Shown piece by piece: positions 45,859 through 53,860 of a stretch of DNA of 64,000 nucleotides. The notes under the pieces are model-generated. The model saw nothing but the letters and a program-made list of their open reading frames with translations. It did no database searches and was not told the DNA's origin. A program made the position numbers and the translations under genes. Source of the stretch: Bacteroidota bacterium (GTDB taxonomy: Bacteria; Bacteroidota; Bacteroidia; Palsa-948). Every line of letters starts with the position of its first letter. The first letter of the stretch is position 1. The DNA is taken from the NCBI GenBank assembly GCA_016195025.1, contig JACQAL010000002.1:6477-70476 (forward strand), written 5' to 3'.

Positions 45859-47337
45859 ATGTCGCTATTCAGAACAAAATCTCACGAACATTTATTGAAC
45901 GAAGCAGCGGAATCGGATAAAGGACTGAAACGTTCACTCACAGCACCAAGTTTGGTTGCACTTGGAATCGGAGCTATCATTGGTGCCGGGCTTTTTGTTC
46001 GCACTGCAGCAGCAGCAGGCGAGCATGCAGGCAATGGAGTTATCATGTCGTTTGTGATTGCCGCAGTGGGCTGCGCGTTCGCAGGACTTTGCTATGCAGA
46101 ATTTGCTTCTATGATTCCGATTGCGGGAAGCGCGTACACTTACGCTTACACAACCATGGGAGAATTGATTGCATGGATTATCGGCTGGGCGCTCATTCTT
46201 GAATATGCATTGGGCGCTGCAACCGTTTCCATTGCATGGAGCGAATACCTCAATAATCTTGTCGGAGGTTCAATTCCTTTTTCGTTATGTCATTCACCGT
46301 TTGAAGTTTCAGCAGCAGGCGAGCATGGCTTGGTAAATCTTCCCGCGCTTTTTATTTTGCTTTTGCTTTCTCTCATTCTCATTCGGGGAACGCAGGAATC
46401 GGCAATGGTGAATGCGGTGATTGTATTTGTAAAAGTTGCCATCGTTCTTATGTTTATTGGCATCGGCTGGAAATTTTTGAATCCGAGCAATCACACTCCA
46501 TTTTTAATTCCCGATAATGCTCCTCCGGTTGATATGGGAAACGGAAAAATGTATGATTACTCTCCCACGTTCAATCACGGGTGGATGGGAGTTCTTCGCG
46601 GAGCGGCAATTGTATTCTTTGCTTTCATCGGGTTCGATGCGGTTTCCACGGCAGCGCAGGAAGCAAAAAATCCCAAGCGCGATATGCCGATTGGAATTCT
46701 TGGTTCATTGGTGGTCTGTACTATATTATATATTCTTTTCTCCTGGGTATTAACAGGAGTTGCGCCTTACACCGATTTTGTAAAAGCCGGAAAAGAAGCA
46801 TCGGTCGCTTACGCCATTCAGCATTACATGGCAGGATATAACTGGCTGGCAACTTTTGTTACGGTTGCCATCCTCGCAGGATTTTCTTCTGTAATACTTG
46901 TAATGCTGCTCGGTCAGTCGCGTGTGTTTTATTCCATGTCGCGCGATGGATTGCTTCCAAAAACTTTTTCTGACATTCATCCGAAGTTCCGCACTCCTTG
47001 GAAATCAAATTTAATTTTGTTTGTCTTCGTAGGAATTTTCGGAGGATTTATTCCCGGAAGTGTTGCCGGTGATTTAACTTCCATCGGAACTTTATTTGCG
47101 TTTGTGCTCGTATGTATTGGCATTTGGATTATGCGCGTGAAAAATCCAACTATTCCCCGCCCGTTCAAAGCTCCTGTTGTTCCCATTACTGCAACGCTTG
47201 GCGTTATTGTATGTGGAGCAATGATTGTTTCACTCGATAAAATAACCCAACTCAGCGCTTTTGGCTGGATGATTGTCGGGCTCATAATTTATTTTGGTTA
47301 CAGCCGCACGCGAAGCAAACTGCACCCCCAGCCCTAA
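45859..47337 (+). CDS. APC-superfamily amino acid permease (cationic amino acid transporter-like)
   Basis: 492 aa with 12 TM segments. The N-terminus 'LKRSLTAPSLVALGIGAIIGAGLFV' is the APC consensus. The stop codon lies inside a copy of the 16-mer CCCCAGCCCTAAAGGG (47326-47341). Confidence 0.85.
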   Translation: MSLFRTKSHEHLLNEAAESDKGLKRSLTAPSLVALGIGAIIGAGLFVRTAAAAGEHAGNGVIMSFVIAAVGCAFAGLCYAEFASMIPIAGSAYTYAYTTMGELIAWIIGWALILEYALGAATVSIAWSEYLNNLVGGSIPFSLCHSPFEVSAAGEHGLVNLPALFILLLLSLILIRGTQESAMVNAVIVFVKVAIVLMFIGIGWKFLNPSNHTPFLIPDNAPPVDMGNGKMYDYSPTFNHGWMGVLRGAAIVFFAFIGFDAVSTAAQEAKNPKRDMPIGILGSLVVCTILYILFSWVLTGVAPYTDFVKAGKEASVAYAIQHYMAGYNWLATFVTVAILAGFSSVILVMLLGQSRVFYSMSRDGLLPKTFSDIHPKFRTPWKSNLILFVFVGIFGGFIPGSVAGDLTSIGTLFAFVLVCIGIWIMRVKNPTIPRPFKAPVVPITATLGVIVCGAMIVSLDKITQLSAFGWMIVGLIIYFGYSRTRSKLHPQP

Positions 47338-47481
47338 AGGGAAAAATCCCAAATGACAAATTCCAAAACACAAATAAATTCCAAACACAAAATTTCAAAT
47401 TCAAATAATTTGGAATTTTTGATTTAGATAATTGGTATTTGTTTGTTATCTGGTATTTGTGTTTTGGTGCTTAATGATTAA

Positions 47482-48933
47482 ATGGAGAATCAAAATCCCG
47501 ATACAGAATTAAAACGTTCACTCGGTCTCATTGATGCAACAATGATTGTTGCCGGCTCCATGATTGGCTCGGGAATTTTCATAGTGAGTTCGGATATGGC
47601 GCGCGCGGTTGGCTCTGCTGGATATTTAATTTTACTTTGGATAATTACAGGAGTGATTACCGTGTTCGCAGCGCTGAGTTACGGAGAACTGGCGGGCATG
47701 ATGCCCAAAGCAGGCGGACAATTTGTTTACATTGAACGCGCGTTCGGAAAACTTACTTCGTTTCTTTATGGCTGGACGGTCTTCACAGTAATTTCAACGG
47801 GAGTAATTGCGGCAGTGGCGGTTGCGTTTGCAAAATACTCAGCAATCTTCTTTCCCATTCTGAACTCAACTATTTTTTCAATCGGAGAAAAATTTTCTAT
47901 CACGCCTGGTCAGTTATGCGCCATCGCAATGATTGTTCTTCTTACTTATATCAACACGCGCGGGGTGAACAGCGGAAAAATGATTCAGGGAATTTTCACT
48001 TCGACAAAACTTCTTGCGCTCTTTGCGCTGATTGTTCTCGGAATTTTTTTCGGAATGAAATCAAACACGCTTGCAGAAAATTTTTCTCATCCGTGGGATG
48101 CATCCACAACAACTTTCAAGGATGGAATTCTGAATGTTGTTCCGCTTGCGGGGTTTGCTTTGCTTGGCGCGATGGGTTCCACAATAATTAATTCTCTTTT
48201 CTCTGCCGATGCGTGGAACAACGTTACGTTCATTGCCGGAGAAATTAAAGACCCGAAAAAAAATATTCCGCGTAGTTTGTTTCTCGGAACTTTTTTAGTC
48301 ACCACAATTTATGTTCTTGCAAACGTTGCATATCTCTCTTTGCTTCCGCTGAAAGGAAATCCTAATGCAGCCGATGTTGCAGGATTGGGAATGCAGTTCG
48401 CAACGAATGACAGAGTAGGAGCGAGCGCTGCCTATATGATTTTCGGAGATGCTTCGCTGTTCATCATGGCGGGATTGATAATGGTTTCCACTTTTGGCTG
48501 CAACAACGGACTCATCCTCGCGGGCGCGCGCGTGTATTATGCCATGGCGAAGGATAAATTATTTTTTCAGAAAGCAGCTGCGGTAAATTCAAAATCAGTT
48601 CCCGGAAATGCGTTATGGTTTCAATGCGCATGGGCGTGTGCATTATGTTTGACGGGCACGTATAAAGATTTGGTGAACTACTCCACCTTCGCCTCCATGA
48701 TTTTTTACATTGTAACTATCACCGGAATTTTTGTGCTGAGAAAAAAAGAGCCGGACACCGAGCGTCCGTACAAAGCATTCGGCTATCCGCTTGTTCCCGC
48801 GCTGTATATTCTTGCCGCACTTGCCGTTTGTATTATCCTTATTATATATGACGGAAGAAATACCGGTTTCGGATTGGTATGCGTTGCAGCAGGAATTCCG
48901 GTTTATTATCTCACCGTTGGCAGAAAAAAATAA
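47482..48933 (+). CDS. APC-superfamily amino acid permease (second, diverged paralog)
   Basis: 483 aa. 'LKRSLGLIDATMIVAGSMIGSGIFIVSSDM', with 12 predicted TM segments. Confidence 0.85.
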   Translation: MENQNPDTELKRSLGLIDATMIVAGSMIGSGIFIVSSDMARAVGSAGYLILLWIITGVITVFAALSYGELAGMMPKAGGQFVYIERAFGKLTSFLYGWTVFTVISTGVIAAVAVAFAKYSAIFFPILNSTIFSIGEKFSITPGQLCAIAMIVLLTYINTRGVNSGKMIQGIFTSTKLLALFALIVLGIFFGMKSNTLAENFSHPWDASTTTFKDGILNVVPLAGFALLGAMGSTIINSLFSADAWNNVTFIAGEIKDPKKNIPRSLFLGTFLVTTIYVLANVAYLSLLPLKGNPNAADVAGLGMQFATNDRVGASAAYMIFGDASLFIMAGLIMVSTFGCNNGLILAGARVYYAMAKDKLFFQKAAAVNSKSVPGNALWFQCAWACALCLTGTYKDLVNYSTFASMIFYIVTITGIFVLRKKEPDTERPYKAFGYPLVPALYILAALAVCIILIIYDGRNTGFGLVCVAAGIPVYYLTVGRKK

Positions 48934-49704
48934 ATGAAGCAATTCTTTAGAGATTATTTTACTTTCAACCGCAGAGAGCGCAACGGAGTTTTCATTTTGC
49001 TTTCAATTATTATTCTGCTTTTGCTTTATCTTTCTTTCTCTGATTTCTTTTTTCCGCAGGAGAAAACTGATTTTTCAAAGTTTGAAAAAGAAATTGCAGA
49101 GTTTGAAACCGCACAAAAGAAAGCCGCTGATTCCATTACTGATTCAAGGAAAAATTATTTTTCAGGAAATAGTTTGGTTTCTGACTCGGAAGAAACGGAA
49201 AAAGTTTTTACCAAAGAAAAGAAGTATCAAAAGTTTGAAAAGAAAAATAATTATGAGAAAACCGAAAAAATAGTTGAGAATAAATTCCCGAAGAAAAATG
49301 CAACTGTAATTGTTGAATTAAATTCTGCCGATACCACTTCGTTAAAGCAATTGAAGGGAATCGGTTCGGGTTTTGCAAAACGCATCGTGAAGTTTCGTGA
49401 CTTACTTGGCGGCTTTGTGAAAAAAGAACAACTGCTGGAAGTATATGGTTTCGATAAAGAAAAATTCGATTTGGTTTCTCCGCAACTGGAAATTGATTTA
49501 TCGAAAGTCAAAAAAATAAATATTAATTCTGCTTCGGTGGATGATTTGAAAAAACATCCTTATATGGATAAGAAAGCCGCAATAAAAATTTTCTGGCATC
49601 GCATTAACAAAGGTGATTATTCAGATGTGTCGGATATTATGAAAGATAATTTGGTGGATGGAGAAACCTTCAGTAAACTTGCGCCCTATTTGACTGTGAA
49701 ATGA
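48934..49704 (+). CDS. ComEA-like helix-hairpin-helix DNA-binding protein with an N-terminal TM segment and a Lys/Glu-rich linker
   Basis: 256 aa with two HhH-type motifs ('VELNSADTTSLKQLKGIGSGFAKRIVKFRD' and 'ININSASVDDLKKHPYMDKKAAIKIFWHR'). The stop overlaps the apt start (ATGA). Confidence 0.55.
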   Translation: MKQFFRDYFTFNRRERNGVFILLSIIILLLLYLSFSDFFFPQEKTDFSKFEKEIAEFETAQKKAADSITDSRKNYFSGNSLVSDSEETEKVFTKEKKYQKFEKKNNYEKTEKIVENKFPKKNATVIVELNSADTTSLKQLKGIGSGFAKRIVKFRDLLGGFVKKEQLLEVYGFDKEKFDLVSPQLEIDLSKVKKININSASVDDLKKHPYMDKKAAIKIFWHRINKGDYSDVSDIMKDNLVDGETFSKLAPYLTVK

Positions 49705-50234
49705 CGCAGGAAGAAAAAATAAAAAGCAGTATCAGAGATGTTCCCGATTTTCCAAAGAAAGGAATTGTTTTCAAAGACATAACCCCTATCCTGAAAGATT
49801 CAAAACTCTGTACGGAAATTGCAAACGGATTTATAAAACAATTAAAAGGAAAAAAGATTGATGCAATCGTAAGCACCGAAAGCCGCGGATTCTTTTTCGG
49901 ATTTCTTCTCGCAAATAAAATGGGAATACCTCTCATTCCGCTACGCAAACCGGGAAAACTTCCTTACAAAACCATTTCACACGAATACGAACTCGAATAC
50001 GGAAAAGCAAAAGTTGAAATGCACGTGGATGCACTGAAAAAAAACTGGCGCGTGCTCATTCACGATGATTTGCTCGCCACCGGAGGAACTGCTGAAGCAT
50101 CGGCAGTTTTAGTGCAGCGTCAGAATGCAAAAGTCGCGGGCTTTGCTTTTGTGGTGGAACTTGGTTTTCTTGGCGGAAGAAAAAAACTGGAAAGATATTC
50201 TGATAACATTATAAGTTTAGTAAGATACGGATAA
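49701..50234 (+). CDS. apt: Adenine phosphoribosyltransferase
   Basis: 177 aa. 'VPDFPKKGIVFKDITPIL...IDAIVSTESRGFFFGFLLANKMGIPLIPLRKPGKLP...VLIHDDLLATGGT' is the PRTase signature. Confidence 0.9.
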   Translation: MTQEEKIKSSIRDVPDFPKKGIVFKDITPILKDSKLCTEIANGFIKQLKGKKIDAIVSTESRGFFFGFLLANKMGIPLIPLRKPGKLPYKTISHEYELEYGKAKVEMHVDALKKNWRVLIHDDLLATGGTAEASAVLVQRQNAKVAGFAFVVELGFLGGRKKLERYSDNIISLVRYG

Positions 50235-50324
50235 CGAATGGCTGCGAAATTTCGAATTAATACAAAACAATAATTCGTAATTTCGTTATGTTTCGTTATC
50301 CGCATTAAAAATAAATTTTCAAGT

Positions 50325-51494
50325 ATGAGTACAACGGTTCACGAAGAAACAACAATGGAATTTTCTCTCAGCGAAAACCAGCAGATGATTGCGGAAATGA
50401 TTCGCAAGTTTGGAGATGAAAATATTCGTCCTCACATGATGGAGTGGGATGAGACGCAAAAATTTCCTGTGGAATGTTTTAAAAAATTGGGCGAACTTGG
50501 ATTAATGGGCGTTCTCGTGCCTGCTGAATACGGAGGAGCGGGATTTGGTTATATGGAATACGTAACAGTGATTTCCGAGATTGCAAAAATCTGCGGCTCG
50601 ATTGGATTATCCGTTGCCGCGCACAATTCACTTTGCACCGGACATATTCTCCAATTTGGAAATGAAGAACAGAAGAAAAAATATTTACCCAAGCTTGCAT
50701 CCGCAGAATGGATTGGCGCATGGGGATTGACTGAAGTAAACACGGGCTCTGACGCGGCAAACATGCTCACCACCGCAGTGAAGGATGGAGATTATTATGT
50801 GCTTAACGGTTCAAAAAATTTTATCACGCATGGTGTAAGCGGAAACGTTGCGGTTGTAATCGTGCGTACGGGAGAAAAAAGCGATTCGCACGGCATGACT
50901 TCTTTCATCATTGAAAAAGGCACTCCGGGTTTTCGCGGAGGAAGAAAAGAAAATAAATTGGGAATGCGCGCGAGCGAAACCACCGAATTGATTTTTGAAA
51001 ACTGCCGCGTGCATAAATCGCAGATGATGGGAAAAGAAGGCGATGGTTTTGTTCAGTCGCTGAAAGTTTTGGATGGCGGAAGAATTTCCATTGCTGCGCT
51101 TGGTCTTGGAATTGCGAAAGGCGCATACGAAGCGTCAAAAAAATATTCCAAAGAGCGCCAGCAGTTTGGAAAACCCATAGCGGAATTTCAGGCAATTGCT
51201 TTTAAGATTGCCGACATGGCAACAATGATTGAGGCTGCAGAACTTCTCACCTTCCAGGCGGCATATAAAAAACAGAAAGGAGAAAAGGTTACAAAACTTT
51301 CTGCCATGGCGAAATATTATACTTCGGAAGTTGCCTGCAAAGTTGCCAACGAAGCCGTTCAGATTTTCGGAGGATATGGTTATACAAAAGATTTTCCTGT
51401 TGAAAAATATTACCGCGATGCAAAACTTTGTACGATAGGGGAAGGAACTTCTGAAATTCAGAAATTAGTTATTGCAAGAGAAATTCTGAAATAA
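50325..51494 (+). CDS. Acyl-CoA dehydrogenase (short/medium chain or isovaleryl-type)
   Basis: 389 aa with the ACAD N, M and C domains, including 'LMGVLVPAEYGGAGFGYMEYVTVISEIA', 'GAWGLTEVNTGSDAANMLTTA' and 'QIFGGYGYTKDFPVEKYYRDAKLCTIGEGTSEIQ'. Confidence 0.9.
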   Translation: MSTTVHEETTMEFSLSENQQMIAEMIRKFGDENIRPHMMEWDETQKFPVECFKKLGELGLMGVLVPAEYGGAGFGYMEYVTVISEIAKICGSIGLSVAAHNSLCTGHILQFGNEEQKKKYLPKLASAEWIGAWGLTEVNTGSDAANMLTTAVKDGDYYVLNGSKNFITHGVSGNVAVVIVRTGEKSDSHGMTSFIIEKGTPGFRGGRKENKLGMRASETTELIFENCRVHKSQMMGKEGDGFVQSLKVLDGGRISIAALGLGIAKGAYEASKKYSKERQQFGKPIAEFQAIAFKIADMATMIEAAELLTFQAAYKKQKGEKVTKLSAMAKYYTSEVACKVANEAVQIFGGYGYTKDFPVEKYYRDAKLCTIGEGTSEIQKLVIAREILK

Positions 51495-51511
51495 AATGTT
51501 GTAACCGAAAA

Positions 51512-53848
51512 TTATTTGGCAATCGTAATCGTGCCGATGTAGTCGTATTTTTTATCTTTCAGGTCTTTGAGGTGCACTTTCCAAACGTAAACATCTTCCT
51601 GCACCGTGTCGCCATTGCGTTTTATTTTTCCGTCCCAGGTGCATTTAGAATCGCTCTGCGGGTTGCCGAAAGTATGGCAACTCCACACGAGGTTTCCCCA
51701 GCGGTCAAAAATTTCCATTTCAAATTCTTTGATGTAAGTTCCGAATGCGGTAAAGAAATCATTTATCCCGTCTGTTCTTCCCGGAGTAAATGCATTCGGA
51801 ATATAAAAGGTGAAAGGCGCTTCCACGCGCAGGCATTTCACGAGCGTATCCTTGCAAACTCCCGATGGATCGGCAATGGCAAGAGTGATGCAATAAATTC
51901 CCGTATCGGAATAGGTGTGTGTAGGATTTTGCAGCGAAGAAATATTGTTGGAAGAAAGCGAATCGCCAAAATTCCAGTTCCACATGCCCGTGTTTCCCAA
52001 CGAAGCATCGGAGAAAATCACAAGCGGGTCAAGCAGGTTCACCACATCAAATGGAGTGTAAGTGAAATTGGCAACGGGCGGTTTTCCTCCTCCAATGGTT
52101 ATGTTCTGCATTTGCGTGCATCCGTTTCCATCGGTAACAATTATCGTATAAGTGGAACCACCCTGCAGCCCTGTGGCAGTGGGAGTGGATTGAATGGGAT
52201 TGGTAAGCCATAAATAGGTATGCGGATTCGCTCCTCCGGTAATATTTGCAGTTGCTGTTCCGTTCGTTACTCCGCAGTCGGCAGGGGTAGAAGAAGTGGT
52301 GAGCGTGGAGGTGGCGGGAGATGTAATGGTTACGCTCGCAGTTTTTGTACATCCGTTCGCATCGGTAACAGTGACTATATAATTTCCGGCAGCAAGATTA
52401 TTTGCTGTGGCGCCTGATTGCGAAGGCGAAGTGCTCCACGAATAAGTGAGCGTTCCGTTTCCTCCGCTTCCGCTGGCAGTAGCCGAGCCGTTCGGATTGG
52501 AAGGAGGAGGGCAACTCACATTGGTGGAAGAAACAATGGAAGCAGTAAGCGCTGGCGGCTGAGTAATGGTAAAGGTTTGCGTAAAGGTGCAGCCGGTGGC
52601 ATCGGTAATGGTGCAGGTATAATTTCCTGCGGGAACATTGTTAATGCTTGTGCTGGTTTGAACAGGATTGGTGCTCCATGCATACGTGTATGGCGCACTT
52701 CCGCCAGTTGGATTTGTGATGGAAGCGCTGCCGTTGTTAGCCCCGAAACATTTTACATTTACCTGCGTGGGAGTTACTGTAAACCCTCCGCCAGTTGAAA
52801 TGGTTACACTTTGTGTTCCGCTTAAGCATCCGTTGGCATCAACAACATTAACAGTATAACTTCCCGGAGCGAGCCCTGTGGCGGTCTGTGTATTTTGCGG
52901 GGGAGTGGTATTCCATACGTAAGTGTAAGGCGACTGACCGCCCTGAACGCTGGTTACGGTTGCAGCACCGGTATTTGCAGAGCAAACAGAATTAGTATAA
53001 GTTGCCGCCACCGTAAGAGAAGTTGCGCATATGAGAGATTGCATGGCAAAAAAAACTCCGGTATCGTAAATATGGTCGAGCGCATCGGCAATGGCTAATT
53101 TAAAATGGTAATTGGTGCAGGGAACAACGCTAAGTGTAACCGTAACCGGCTTGGTGAACGCATCGTATTCCACAGTAGTTCCGGTGCAATTGTCTATATA
53201 AAAAGAGCAATTTGCACAAGGACCGGAAGGAGGACCAGGGCAAGAATAATTTCCATTGTTCACATTGTTGATAGAAACAGGAGTGCCCGGTGGCGCAGGA
53301 GGAGGAAGCAAAGCCATATTGTATCCGGTGTAGTTTGGTCCTGAAGGATTAGTGCCGGTAACAAAAATTCCAAACCCATCATTGAACGAACCGACAAACT
53401 CCGGATATTCTTCAGAGCCGAAAGAAAAAGTAAATGCAAGCGTGTTGCAGGTTGGCTTGGCATCAAACTCTAAAATGCAAACATCGTTTGTAAGGTTCGG
53501 GTCAATCGCCATTAAATCGGGGTCATTAAAAGTAAAATTATTATCTGCACCGGAACTTGGAGATATATTCGGACCCACTGCCCATTGAACATCTCCTGAA
53601 GTAAGCAGCACGCCTCCGGCAATTCCTATATTGCTCGATGTGCCTACAAATGTTCCGCTCGGATTGTTGGTGGGAGAACTTAAACTCGGGCAGTTCATCG
53701 TAGCCCCGGAAATAGTAACACCGTTGCCCGCCAATGTTTGCGCAAGTTGAGCGGGGTTGTTATTCGGTGTAACCTGTAATTGAGAAAATGAATCAGATGA
53801 AACCGCAAGCAGCGCTGAAAAGAAAATCAGTGAAAAAAAAATTCTCAT
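51512..53848 (-). CDS. SprB-repeat surface protein with a T9SS type-B (gliding-associated) C-terminal domain
   Basis: 778 aa with a signal peptide. It has multiple 'CxGxxNGSA...GG..PYTYxWxTxPxQ...AxGLxxGxYxVxVTDANGC' SprB repeats. The C-terminus 'FYIPNAFTPGRTDGINDFF...FDRWGNLVWSCHTF' is a type-B CTD. Confidence 0.8.
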   Translation of the reverse strand: MRIFFSLIFFSALLAVSSDSFSQLQVTPNNNPAQLAQTLAGNGVTISGATMNCPSLSSPTNNPSGTFVGTSSNIGIAGGVLLTSGDVQWAVGPNISPSSGADNNFTFNDPDLMAIDPNLTNDVCILEFDAKPTCNTLAFTFSFGSEEYPEFVGSFNDGFGIFVTGTNPSGPNYTGYNMALLPPPAPPGTPVSINNVNNGNYSCPGPPSGPCANCSFYIDNCTGTTVEYDAFTKPVTVTLSVVPCTNYHFKLAIADALDHIYDTGVFFAMQSLICATSLTVAATYTNSVCSANTGAATVTSVQGGQSPYTYVWNTTPPQNTQTATGLAPGSYTVNVVDANGCLSGTQSVTISTGGGFTVTPTQVNVKCFGANNGSASITNPTGGSAPYTYAWSTNPVQTSTSINNVPAGNYTCTITDATGCTFTQTFTITQPPALTASIVSSTNVSCPPPSNPNGSATASGSGGNGTLTYSWSTSPSQSGATANNLAAGNYIVTVTDANGCTKTASVTITSPATSTLTTSSTPADCGVTNGTATANITGGANPHTYLWLTNPIQSTPTATGLQGGSTYTIIVTDGNGCTQMQNITIGGGKPPVANFTYTPFDVVNLLDPLVIFSDASLGNTGMWNWNFGDSLSSNNISSLQNPTHTYSDTGIYCITLAIADPSGVCKDTLVKCLRVEAPFTFYIPNAFTPGRTDGINDFFTAFGTYIKEFEMEIFDRWGNLVWSCHTFGNPQSDSKCTWDGKIKRNGDTVQEDVYVWKVHLKDLKDKKYDYIGTITIAK

Positions 53849-53860
53849 AACATTCTTTTT

